Origin: an uncultured Lentisphaeraceae bacterium
GTDB taxonomy: Bacteria > Verrucomicrobiota > Kiritimatiellia > RFP12 > DVOR01
Direction of reading: 5' to 3'
NCBI GenBank assembly: GCA_949289005.1
Contig: CASEMQ010000007.1
Span: 73,295-137,294 of the forward strand
DNA: 64,000 bases
Part shown: piece by piece, positions 28,513-37,412 of the stretch
How positions within the stretch are numbered: the first letter of the stretch is position 1
Layout of the letters: every line of letters begins with the position of its first letter
Notes under the pieces: model-generated
What the model was told of the DNA's origin: nothing
Databases searched by the model: none
What the model saw: only the letters and a program-made list of their open reading frames with translations
Made by a program: the position numbers and the translations under genes

Positions 28513-29787
28513 ATGAAGTTCGAGACCAAATGCGTGCAAGCGGGGTGGGTGCCGAAAAACGGCGAGGCGCGCGTCCTGCCAATTTACCAGAGCACCACCT
28601 TTGCCTTCGATTCGGCGCAACACGTGGCCGACCTTTTCGACCTCAAGGTGGGCGGCCACTTCTACACCCGCCTCAGCAACCCCACGCTCGATGCCGTGGA
28701 GCAGCGCATCGCGGCGCTCGAAGGTGGCGTCGGCGCCATGCTCACCAGCGCCGGCCAGGCCGCCAGCATGATTTCCCTGCTCACCGTGGCTCATGCCGGC
28801 GACCACATCGTCTCCAGCTCCGAAATCTACGGCGGCACCGTCAATCTCTTCGGCGTCACGCTGGAGAAGCTGGGCATCCAATTCACCTGGGTCCACCCCG
28901 ACGCCTCCGATGCCGAGATTGAGGCGGCCATCCGCCCGAACACCAAGGCCATCTTCGGCGAAACCCTCGCGAACCCCGCGCTCTCGGTGCTCGACGTGGA
29001 GCGTTGGGCCAAGGTGGCGCACAGGAACGGCCTGCCCCTCATCCTCGACAACACCTTCCCCACGCCCGCCCTCTGCCGGCCCTTCGAATGGGGCGCGGAC
29101 ATCATCGTCCACGCCAGCACGAAGTACCTCGACGGCCACGCGGTGAGCCTCGGCGGCATCATCGTGGACAGCGGCAACTTCGACTGGGCGGCCTCCGGGC
29201 GCTTCGCGGACTTCACCGAGCCAGACCCCTCCTACCACGGCCTCGTCTACACCCAAGCCTTCGGCAAGATGGCCTACATCGTCAAGGCCCGCGCCCAGCT
29301 GATGCGCGACATGGGCGCCCAGGCGGCCCCCTTCAACGCCTTCCTCCTCAACCTCGGCATGGAGACCCTGCCCCTGCGCATGGCCCGCCACAGCGAAAAC
29401 GCCCTCAAAGTGGCCGAGTGGCTCTCCAACAACCCCCACGTCCGCAACGTCCGCTACCCCGGCCTCAAGGGTGACAAATACTACGCCCTTGCCCAAAAAT
29501 ACCTGCCGCAGGGCGCTTCCGGCGTCGTCACCTTCGAGGTCGACGGCTCCCGCGCCGACACCCAGCGCCTGATGGACGCCTTCAAGCTGGCCAAGATCGT
29601 CGTGCACGTGGCCGACGCGCGCACCTGCGTGCTCCACCCCGCCAGCATGACCCACCGCCAGCTCACCGACGAACAGCTCGTCGCCGCCGGCATCTCCCCC
29701 ACCACCGTCCGCTTCTCCTGCGGCATCGAACACATCGACGACATCCTCGAAGACCTCGACCAAGCCTTCAAGGCCACCTTTAACTAA
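28513..29787 (+). CDS. metY: O-acetylhomoserine aminocarboxypropyltransferase (O-acetylhomoserine sulfhydrylase)
   Basis: 424 aa Cys/Met-metabolism PLP enzyme; HASTKYLDGH PLP-lysine region; SD gaaaggag. Confidence 0.8.
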   Translation: MKFETKCVQAGWVPKNGEARVLPIYQSTTFAFDSAQHVADLFDLKVGGHFYTRLSNPTLDAVEQRIAALEGGVGAMLTSAGQAASMISLLTVAHAGDHIVSSSEIYGGTVNLFGVTLEKLGIQFTWVHPDASDAEIEAAIRPNTKAIFGETLANPALSVLDVERWAKVAHRNGLPLILDNTFPTPALCRPFEWGADIIVHASTKYLDGHAVSLGGIIVDSGNFDWAASGRFADFTEPDPSYHGLVYTQAFGKMAYIVKARAQLMRDMGAQAAPFNAFLLNLGMETLPLRMARHSENALKVAEWLSNNPHVRNVRYPGLKGDKYYALAQKYLPQGASGVVTFEVDGSRADTQRLMDAFKLAKIVVHVADARTCVLHPASMTHRQLTDEQLVAAGISPTTVRFSCGIEHIDDILEDLDQAFKATFN

Positions 29788-29865
29788 GAACTAAGCGCGC
29801 CACGCACACATAAACAGGGCGCCTTCGCCGGCGCGACGGACACGCCAAACGAGAAAGGTTACGCG

Positions 29866-30579
29866 ATGCGTACGTCAACCTTCCGCACAAGCACCCGCCC
29901 GTCGCCCGCGCGTCGGGCGCCCTGCCTCCTTTTCATCTCCCTTGCACTCCTTCTCGCCGCCTGCGTCTCGGGTCCAAACCTCCGCGCGCTCAACCCCGAC
30001 GAGGCCAAAATCGATGTCTACGCCGATGGCACCGTCCACGTCCTTGGCGAACCCGTCGCGATGGGCGACCTCTCCGGTATTGTCAAAGGCTCCACCACCC
30101 AGCCCGCCGACACCATCCTCATCCGCCTCCACGGCGACCCCGACAGCCCCGAATTCACCGAGCTGCGCAAATACGTCACCGATCAGATGATCCGCGCCGG
30201 CCACTACAAGTTTCGCTTCTTCTCCACTCCCCAAGCCTCCATCACCACCTACGACCCCCGCACCGGCAAAGCCGAGACCTCCGTCTCCGGCCTCCCCGTG
30301 CGCCAACTCTCCGGCCGCGAAATCGAAGCCGAGGCCCAACGCATGAGCGCCGACTCCGACGCCTACAGCGCCGGCACCTACGTCTCCGAAGCCGCCAACC
30401 GCAAGCCCTCCCAAATCTCCCAAGGCCGCCCCGACGCACTCGCCATCGCCCCCCAAGCCGTCGACCTCAAAACCGCCCCTGGCGCCGCCAAGGCCGCCCC
30501 CGCCAAGCCGATCGATGACGAAGACTCCCTCCGCGCCCGCTACCTCCGCCAGCAACGCCAACTGAAAGGCCGCCCATGA
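29866..30579 (+). CDS. Hypothetical lipoprotein
   Basis: Signal peptide with lipobox LLAAC; low-complexity Ala/Pro-rich C-terminus; 4-nt overlap with murE. Confidence 0.4.
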   Translation: MRTSTFRTSTRPSPARRAPCLLFISLALLLAACVSGPNLRALNPDEAKIDVYADGTVHVLGEPVAMGDLSGIVKGSTTQPADTILIRLHGDPDSPEFTELRKYVTDQMIRAGHYKFRFFSTPQASITTYDPRTGKAETSVSGLPVRQLSGREIEAEAQRMSADSDAYSAGTYVSEAANRKPSQISQGRPDALAIAPQAVDLKTAPGAAKAAPAKPIDDEDSLRARYLRQQRQLKGRP

Positions 30580-31976
30580 CCCGCTACACCGACGTTGCCT
30601 GCGATTCACGCCGGGTCACCCCCGGCGCCCTTTTTGTCGCCATCCCCGGCACCCACGACGACGGCGCCCGCCACATCGCCGAGGCCCGCGCCCGCGGCGC
30701 CGCCGCCGTCATGGGCGCCGCCCCCGAATGCGACATCCGCGTGGCCGACCCCCGCGCCGCCTTCGCCGAAGCCTGCGCCGAACACTTCGGCCGCCCCTCC
30801 GAGAAACTCCTCCTCTGCGGCATCACCGGCACCAACGGCAAAACCACCACCGCTTGGCTCCTGCGCGACATGCTCGCCCAAGCCGGCCTCAACCCCGGTC
30901 TCCTCACCACCGTCCGCGAACAATGGCCCGGCCACGACGCCCCCGCCGACCGCACCACCCCCGACGCCCACACCCTCCAGTCCGCCCTCGCTCAAATGGT
31001 TGCCGCCGGCTGCCGCGCCGCCGTCATCGAAGTCTCCAGCCACGCCATCGACCAAGCCCGCGTCGGCGCCTGCCGTTTCGCCCTCACCGCCTTCACCAAC
31101 CTCACCCAAGACCACCTCGACTACCACAAAACCATGGAGGCCTACTTCGCCGCCAAAGCCCGCCTCTTCCTCGAACACCCCGAAGCCTCCGCCATCATCA
31201 ACGCCGACGACCCCTACGGCCGCCGCCTCCTCACCCGCCTCGCCGACCGCCCCAACCTCTTCCCCTACGCCCCCTCCGCCATCCCCGCCACCCTCACCCC
31301 CGCCGGCACCGACGCCACCCTCACCTTCGGCACCAGCCGCCTCGCCTTCCACACCACCCTTGCCGGCCGCTACAACCTCGCCAACATCCTCTGCGCCGCC
31401 ACTGCCGCGCACGCACTCGGCGCCACCCCGGATGCCATCCTCTGCGCCATCGCCAACGCCAAGCCCAAATGGGGCCGCCTCCAACCCATCGCCCCACACA
31501 TCTTCGTCGACTACGCCCATACCGACGACGCCCTCACCAACGTCCTCGCCACCCTCCGCACCCTCACCACAGGCCGCCTCATCTGCGTCTTCGGCTGCGG
31601 CGGAGACCGCGACCGCGCCAAACGCCCCAAAATGGCCGCCGCCGTCGACCGCGCCGCCGACCTCGCCATCGTCACCACCGACAACCCTCGCACCGAGGCC
31701 CCCCTCGCCATCATCGCCGACATCCTCCCCGGTTTCACCCGCCACACCCCACTCGTCGAGCCCGACCGCCGAGCCGCCATCCGCCGCGCACTCGCCCTGC
31801 GCCAAAACGACGACATCGTCCTTGTCGCCGGAAAAGGCCACGAAACCTACCAGGAAATCAACGGCATTCGCCACCCCTTCTCCGATGCCGACGAAATCCG
31901 CGCCGCCCTCACCCCATGCCCCCACCCAATCGTACCCAGAGCGCCGAACGTTGCCGATCGAACTCCCGGAAGATGA
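30576..31976 (+). CDS. murE: UDP-N-acetylmuramoyl-L-alanyl-D-glutamate--2,6-diaminopimelate ligase
   Basis: ITGTNGKTTT P-loop, DYAHTDDAL, Mur ligase three-domain layout; 466 aa. Confidence 0.8.
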   Translation: MTRYTDVACDSRRVTPGALFVAIPGTHDDGARHIAEARARGAAAVMGAAPECDIRVADPRAAFAEACAEHFGRPSEKLLLCGITGTNGKTTTAWLLRDMLAQAGLNPGLLTTVREQWPGHDAPADRTTPDAHTLQSALAQMVAAGCRAAVIEVSSHAIDQARVGACRFALTAFTNLTQDHLDYHKTMEAYFAAKARLFLEHPEASAIINADDPYGRRLLTRLADRPNLFPYAPSAIPATLTPAGTDATLTFGTSRLAFHTTLAGRYNLANILCAATAAHALGATPDAILCAIANAKPKWGRLQPIAPHIFVDYAHTDDALTNVLATLRTLTTGRLICVFGCGGDRDRAKRPKMAAAVDRAADLAIVTTDNPRTEAPLAIIADILPGFTRHTPLVEPDRRAAIRRALALRQNDDIVLVAGKGHETYQEINGIRHPFSDADEIRAALTPCPHPIVPRAPNVADRTPGR

Positions 31977-32039
31977 GGAACGACCACGCGATTGTCCTTT
32001 CCCCCAACACGGCGGGCGCGATGGCGTCCGGGCGATAAC

Positions 32040-32259
32040 CTTCTCCCTCTTCCGCGGTTATCTTGCGCAACTTATCGAATACGGCAAGAAGTTTCCAATT
32101 ATCGGCAATCAGAACGCCATCATCTACAAAGAAACCTTCTTGCTCCTTCAACAAGACAAGGTTTGGTTGGGGTATCACTTTGGGGACATGGCCTTCAAGA
32201 TTCCTGACTATTACGAATGCCGCGCGGCGACGTGGGGCTTTTTCGTTTGCAGGTTGTGA
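32040..32259 (+). pseudogene. Low-GC (about 45%) 3' gene remnant without a start codon
   Basis: The in-frame tail ...LFRGYLAQLIEYGKKFPIIGNQNAIIYKETFLLLQQDKVWLGYHFGDMAFKIPDYYECRAATWGFFVCRL* has codon usage unlike the rest of the window; no ATG/GTG start before the stop at 32257..32259. Confidence 0.4.
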
Positions 32260-32280
32260 AGGCATAAAGCGGGCAAGTGG

Positions 32281-32475
32281 CGGACGTTTTCGACAGGCGG
32301 GGCGTTTTGGAACGCGGCGTGTCCCGGGGGGAGAGACGGCGTGTCTCGATGGGAGGTACGGCGCGTCTCGAAAAACGACCCCGCGTATAGATTGAAAACG
32401 TGGTTTTTGGCCTCTGTCGGCCCCGTCCGTTCTCAACAGGTTTTCAACAGGTTTCGCAAAGTTATCGACAAGCCT
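32281..32475 (+). repeat. Dispersed ~190 bp intergenic repeat element, copy 2
   Basis: Same module order as copy 1: three tandem units (cgcggcgtgtcccgg..., acggcgtgtctcgatgggaggt, acggcgcgtctcgaaaaa), GATTGAAAAC box, then 3' module CAACAGGTTTTCAACAGGTTTCGCAAAGTTATCGACAAG. Confidence 0.8.
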
Positions 32476-32507
32476 GCGGAATGCGGTGGGGGGCGGTCCG
32501 GGGCGCC

Positions 32508-33815
32508 TCAGGTGCCGGTGGCGAGGGGGCAGGTGGCGCAGGTGAGGGAGGGGTTGGAGCAGAAGTCGGCGTGGATTTGGAGGAGGCCTTGTTGGCGGAG
32601 GCCGTCTTTGGGGAGGGCGCGGAGGCTGGCGGTGAGGTGGTGCCACGCTTGGCGCATGGGTTGGGAGAGGTCTTCGCCGGGGAGGTCGCCGAGGCGTTCG
32701 GGGTCGAGCGTGCCGAGCGCGAGGCGGCAGGGGACGATGAGGTTGAGGAGGATGCCGTGTGCGCGGTTGGCGCCGATGGGCGTGCCTTTCAGCCCCAGGG
32801 GGACGCAGAGCGCGCGGGAGTCTTCGACGAGGGTTTTGGCGAGGGTGTCGAGCGGCGCGTGGAGCAGGCTGTCAAGGCGGTCGAGCAACGGGGCGGCGCC
32901 GGCGAGGCGGCGGCGGGGATGGTTTTGGGGGCGGAGGGCGCGGAGGTCCCAGTCGTAGGGTTGGAGGGGTGGGGGGAGGCCGGTCTGCCACCAGAGGTCC
33001 CAGAGGGCGCGATCGCGGGTGGGGTGGAGGAGCCCGGCGTGACCGGCGAGGAGGGCGAAGCGGCGGAGCGGGGTCAGGGGCAGGAGGCGATCGAGGGGGA
33101 GTTCGCGCGCGAGGCGGCGCATGGGCTCGGCGTTGCGGCGGTAGCCGAGGGCCGCGAAGAGGTTTTCGTGAAGCGTCCGGGCGGGGCTCTGGGTTTGGAG
33201 GGCTTGGGCGAGGCGCTGGGTTTTGGCGTGGAGGCGGTAGTGGCCGGCGGCGCGGAGGAGTGCGTCGAGCGCGGCCGGGTCATCGCGCAGGCGCAGGTGG
33301 CAGGGGCGGGGCAGGGCCTCGGCCTCGGCGGGGGAATCGGGGAGCGCGAGCGCGGCGAAGTCGAGCGGGCCTTGGCGTTCGGCGAAGGGGCGGAGGACAA
33401 GGGTGGGGACGGCGGGCGGCAAGGTTTTGGCGGGCGGGCCCGGGAACCAGGCCACGTGGAGGATGAGCCCGGCGTAGGCCGGGTCGCCGGCGTGGCCGTG
33501 CATATCCCAATCGGCGGGGCGGAGGTGGAGTTCCACGTCGCCGCGGCGAAGGGCTCCACCGACGGCGATGAGCGCGCCCCGGAAGTCTGGCCCCGGGGCG
33601 CGGTTCCAGCGGCCGGGGTCGAGGATTTCGACGGGGGTGCCATCGGGCAGGGCGAGGTCGGTGGGTCGGCCCCGGCTGACCCAGAGGGCTTGGAGGCGCG
33701 ACTCGGTCGGGGGCGCGGCAGGTTCGCGGAGCGGAAGCGGCGCCCGTGTGCGCGGTAGGCGCGCGACGTAGGGGGCGGCGTGCGCGGCAAGGCGTTCCGC
33801 TGGGGTCTGGTCCAT
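32508..33815 (-). CDS. DUF2851-like protein of unknown function
   Basis: Internal ATG at 33815 overlaps the corA stop (TGATG); HLRPADWDMHGH and ILHVAWFP segments resemble DUF2851; this is my recollection of the family, not a search result. Confidence 0.4.
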   Translation of the reverse strand: MDQTPAERLAAHAAPYVARLPRTRAPLPLREPAAPPTESRLQALWVSRGRPTDLALPDGTPVEILDPGRWNRAPGPDFRGALIAVGGALRRGDVELHLRPADWDMHGHAGDPAYAGLILHVAWFPGPPAKTLPPAVPTLVLRPFAERQGPLDFAALALPDSPAEAEALPRPCHLRLRDDPAALDALLRAAGHYRLHAKTQRLAQALQTQSPARTLHENLFAALGYRRNAEPMRRLARELPLDRLLPLTPLRRFALLAGHAGLLHPTRDRALWDLWWQTGLPPPLQPYDWDLRALRPQNHPRRRLAGAAPLLDRLDSLLHAPLDTLAKTLVEDSRALCVPLGLKGTPIGANRAHGILLNLIVPCRLALGTLDPERLGDLPGEDLSQPMRQAWHHLTASLRALPKDGLRQQGLLQIHADFCSNPSLTCATCPLATGT

Positions 33816-34753
33816 CAGAAGAAGCGTTTGCGGGAGAAGAAGATGACAGTGGCGGCCACGAGCAGGAGCGAGAGCCCGACGATGGCACAGAAACCCCATG
33901 CGCCGCTTTTGGCGAAGGGCAGCCAGGTGTTCATGCCGAAGAGTGAGGCAATCAGCATGGGCACGGTGAGGACAATCGTCATGGAGGTGAGGAACTTCAT
34001 GACGTTGTTGAGGTTATTGCTGATGATGGAGGCGAAGGCGTCAAGCGTGCCGGTCAAGATGTTGCTGTGGATGGAGGCCATTTCCAGCGCCTGCTGGTAT
34101 TCGACGCGCACGTCCTCGAGCACGTCCAGGTCGTCCTCGTCGATATCCAGCTGGCGCGTGGTGCGGATGCGCGAGAGGAGGATGTCGTCGGCCTTGAGCG
34201 AGGTGGTGAAGTAGACGAGGGACTTTTCGATGTTAAGGAGGCGGATGAGGCCTTCGTTGGAGATGGTCTCGTGCAGTTCCTGCTCCACAAGGTCGGCGCG
34301 TTGGCGGATGTCGCGCAGATAGCGCAAATAGAGGATGGCCGCGTGCCAGAGGAGGTGGAAGGTGAAGCGGAACTTCTGCTCCGGCGGGCAGACGCGCCGG
34401 ATTTGGTCCAAGAAGGAGGCTGCGATGGGCGTGGGGCGGTTGCAGACGGTGATGACGGCGTTGGTCGTGTGCACCACGCCCAGCGGCAGGGTGTTGAAGG
34501 GATGCAGATTTTCGTTGGGCTCGTGGTAGGGCACATGGACGACGATGAGGACGGTGCCATCGTCGTCCACGTCCAGACGCGGCCGTTCGTCGCGGTCGAG
34601 CGGGTCGGAAAGATACTCGCGCGTCACGCCGGTCAGCGTCTGCACACGCAGGATTTCCTCGGAGGTCGGGTCCGCGAGATTGATCCAGCAGGGGCCCTCC
34701 GGGGTCACAACCTCGCGCAGGCTGCCATCGACCCATTGGTAAATGGTGAGCAT
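33815..34753 (-). CDS. corA: Magnesium/cobalt transporter CorA
   Basis: 312 aa; C-terminal two TM segments with the GMN signature (LFGMNTW). Confidence 0.8.
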   Translation of the reverse strand: MLTIYQWVDGSLREVVTPEGPCWINLADPTSEEILRVQTLTGVTREYLSDPLDRDERPRLDVDDDGTVLIVVHVPYHEPNENLHPFNTLPLGVVHTTNAVITVCNRPTPIAASFLDQIRRVCPPEQKFRFTFHLLWHAAILYLRYLRDIRQRADLVEQELHETISNEGLIRLLNIEKSLVYFTTSLKADDILLSRIRTTRQLDIDEDDLDVLEDVRVEYQQALEMASIHSNILTGTLDAFASIISNNLNNVMKFLTSMTIVLTVPMLIASLFGMNTWLPFAKSGAWGFCAIVGLSLLLVAATVIFFSRKRFF

Positions 34754-34754
34754 C

Positions 34755-35516
34755 TCACTGATCTCCTTGGGCGAAACGCGCGCTCAGCGCGCGTTCGTAG
34801 TCCTTGGGTTGCCGTTTGGCGAAGAGCGCGTAGCCCTTGAACACCCAGAGGCGCCGCAGGCGCAGGTGCGCCAGGAAGAGGCGCGCCCGGTTTCGCGGAA
34901 AGGCCCCCGGCCCTTCGTTGAAGCCGCCCGCGCCGTCGAAATAATAATGGTAGTAGTGCTTGTAGACCGACGACAAATCCGCCAGGCAGAGAATCCGCCG
35001 TGCCCATCGCGGGAACCAGCGCCGCAACGGCACGCCTGACTGGAAGTCGATCAGCGCGGGGTGCTCCCCCGGCAACACGATGACGTTCTTTGCGTTGCGC
35101 AAATCCAGGTGCGTCACCCCGCGCCGGTGCATCGCGCACACCAGCCGCTCCAGCTCCCGGAAGAAACGCGGCCGCAACCTGGGATACGCGGCCTTGCCCG
35201 CCCATTCGGACGCGTTGCGGTCGCCCAACGAAATCCCCGGCAGGCACGCCATCGCCAATGCATAGGCATCCACCCGCTCCACGCGCCCCGGGATGCCTGG
35301 GAGGCCCTGAAGGTGTTGCAGCAACGCGACTTCGTGGCGCACCATCCACCGCCCCCAGGTCCAGCGAATCAAGGCCGGGCATCGACGGAAGTCCTTGATG
35401 ACCATCGGCCCCGCCGGCGTCTCGATGCGCCAGACGCATGCGTTGCCCGCCCTGCCCATGCTCAGGCATTGCGCCGCGCCCGTTTCCCAGTCTTGCCTTG
35501 TCACGCTCGTTCCCAT
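34755..35516 (-). CDS. Lipopolysaccharide kinase (Kdo/WaaP) family protein
   Basis: Protein-kinase-like catalytic loop HLDLRNAKNVIV and IDFQS; start chosen at ATG 35516. Confidence 0.5.
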   Translation of the reverse strand: MGTSVTRQDWETGAAQCLSMGRAGNACVWRIETPAGPMVIKDFRRCPALIRWTWGRWMVRHEVALLQHLQGLPGIPGRVERVDAYALAMACLPGISLGDRNASEWAGKAAYPRLRPRFFRELERLVCAMHRRGVTHLDLRNAKNVIVLPGEHPALIDFQSGVPLRRWFPRWARRILCLADLSSVYKHYYHYYFDGAGGFNEGPGAFPRNRARLFLAHLRLRRLWVFKGYALFAKRQPKDYERALSARFAQGDQ

Positions 35517-35651
35517 GCTTGTTCCGTTTTCCCACAGTATAGCACAACGCGTTTGTTCGCGGGAACGTCGTCGGGGCGGCCGGGGCGAACGCATGGGCAC
35601 TTGCCCCGGGTTGCCGGCGGATGTGGCCGGCGGTCGCCGCGCTCGGCGCGC

Positions 35652-37250
35652 TCACTTGCCCAGGGCGGCGGAGGCAGCGGCGGAGGCCATGTCGGCGAAG
35701 GGGCGTTTCTCGGCGGGGTGGACGTTGTGGGTGTCGCCCAGGCCGCGGGAGAAGGTGTCAAGGTAAATGGCGCCGGTTTCAGCGCAGACTTGCTTTTGGA
35801 GGGCGCGGTAGCGGTCCCAGGGGCGGTTGAGGACGGGAAGGCCTACCATGAGCACGGGGGCCTGTTTGCCGGCGAGTCCTTGCAAGGTCGCCACGATGGC
35901 GCGGAGGGTCTCTTCCATGTAGGGGCCGTCGAGCGGCTTGTCGTCCGGGCCCATGGCGATGGAGGCGTTGGATTCGCCCTGGTACCAGAGGATGCCGGTG
36001 AGCGGGAGGTGGCGCACGCGCGCGAGTCCTTTGTCCCACAGCACGCCGGGCGCCCAACCGCGCCAGGCCCTGTCGCCTTTGCCGTAGACGGCCTTGACCC
36101 AAGAGTAGGGGAAGTCTTCGTTTTGGTTGAGGGGTTTGCGATTGGTGAGGATGCGCAGGAGGCGGGGATAACGCGGCGCGCCCTTGGCGTCCACGGCGGC
36201 CATGACGGGCGCGGGGAGGAAGGCTTCGGTGGGGGCGCCGCCGACATCGACGAGGAGGATGGCGATGGGCTTGCCGGTGGCCTTGGCGCGGCGGATGGCG
36301 AAGGAGACGGCGATTGCGCTCCATTGCTTGGCGTTGGCGGGGGTGAGGCGGCGCCATTGGCCGGTGACGAAGTCCCAGAGGCGGATGTCGTGTTGGGCGG
36401 TGGCGGCGGCCTCGGCATCGGCGCCGGCGCATTGGCCAAGCGTCCAGTACATGTTGGATTGGCCGGCGCAGAGCCAAGTCTCGCAGCGGTCGGCGATGTC
36501 GGCAGGGAGGGCGATGGGGAGCGCGGGCCAAGGCTCGGCCCAGCCGGTGGCGGTCTGGGGGCGGTTCGCGGCAGGTGCGGCAGGCGCGGGCGCGGGGCCG
36601 AGGGCTTTGGCGACGGTTTGGGCGATGACCTCGGCGGCCGTGGCGTCGGGGTGGATGGCATCGGGGAAGTGGTCGAGGAGCAAGGGCAGGAGGGGCGTCT
36701 CCATGTCGATGGCGGTGGCGGGCGCATGGCGGGCGACCTCGTCCAACGCGGCCTGCATGAGGAAGGGCTCGGGGCTGCGGTAGAAGGTTTGCCCCGGCGC
36801 GAGGGGGGCCAACTTGCCCCAGATGTAGAGTTTTGGCTTGGTGGGGAGCGCGGCGTAGTCGGCGAGCAACTTCAGGTAGTCGTCGCGGAAAGTGCCGGGG
36901 CGCGCGGCCTCGGTCTTGAGGAAGGCGCCGTTGTCGTTGATGCCCAGGTTGCAAATCACGATGTCGGGTTGCCAGGCCAGCGCGGCTTTGTGCTCGGGCA
37001 TATGGCGGAAACCGCGCATTTCGGCGCCGCGCTTGGTGTGGAGATAGACGCCGCGGCCGGGGTTGCCGAAGTTGCGCACCTCGTAGTCCTTGCCCAAGAG
37101 CGCTTGGAGGCGGGCGGGATAGGCCTGCGTGGCGCGGTCGGGCAGCCCCGTGCCATAGGTGATGGAGTCTCCGATACAGGCCACGCGGGTGACCGCTTGG
37201 ACGGCGAGGGGCGCGACGAGCGCCACGGCAAGCAAAAAAATCGTCTTCAT
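35652..37250 (-). CDS. Secreted SGNH/GDSL hydrolase fused to a sialate O-acetylesterase-like domain
   Basis: Signal peptide MKTIFLLAVALVAPLAVQA; GDSITYG active-site block; C-terminal carbohydrate-esterase (DUF303-type) domain. Confidence 0.65.
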   Translation of the reverse strand: MKTIFLLAVALVAPLAVQAVTRVACIGDSITYGTGLPDRATQAYPARLQALLGKDYEVRNFGNPGRGVYLHTKRGAEMRGFRHMPEHKAALAWQPDIVICNLGINDNGAFLKTEAARPGTFRDDYLKLLADYAALPTKPKLYIWGKLAPLAPGQTFYRSPEPFLMQAALDEVARHAPATAIDMETPLLPLLLDHFPDAIHPDATAAEVIAQTVAKALGPAPAPAAPAANRPQTATGWAEPWPALPIALPADIADRCETWLCAGQSNMYWTLGQCAGADAEAAATAQHDIRLWDFVTGQWRRLTPANAKQWSAIAVSFAIRRAKATGKPIAILLVDVGGAPTEAFLPAPVMAAVDAKGAPRYPRLLRILTNRKPLNQNEDFPYSWVKAVYGKGDRAWRGWAPGVLWDKGLARVRHLPLTGILWYQGESNASIAMGPDDKPLDGPYMEETLRAIVATLQGLAGKQAPVLMVGLPVLNRPWDRYRALQKQVCAETGAIYLDTFSRGLGDTHNVHPAEKRPFADMASAAASAALGK

Positions 37251-37412
37251 GGTGGGATAAGCATAGCGCACCCCGGCCGGCGTGGCAATCCCCGGGGCGG
37301 CTCCCGAGGAGGCTGCGTATCGATGTATGCAGGGAAGGCGCGTGGCGGTGCCTTGTTTGCGGGCGCGGGCGCGTTTGTGTTACTCTGAACGTAAAGAGAG
37401 AAGGAGCAGACG

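Noticed and set aside
24641-28582. 1313-aa minus-strand ORF, plus similar very long ORFs (6744..8993 minus, 11664..13022 minus, 3933..5099 plus, 35779..37443 minus, 20871..22646 minus, 30595..32259 plus, 37380..39659 minus)
   Set aside because: They are antisense or out of frame to well-supported genes (ClC, methyltransferase, sulfatase, larE, EEP, esterase, helicase, murE, GH2). Their translations are Arg/Pro/Ala/Gly-rich low-complexity typical of stop-poor GC-rich DNA and have no recognisable motifs.
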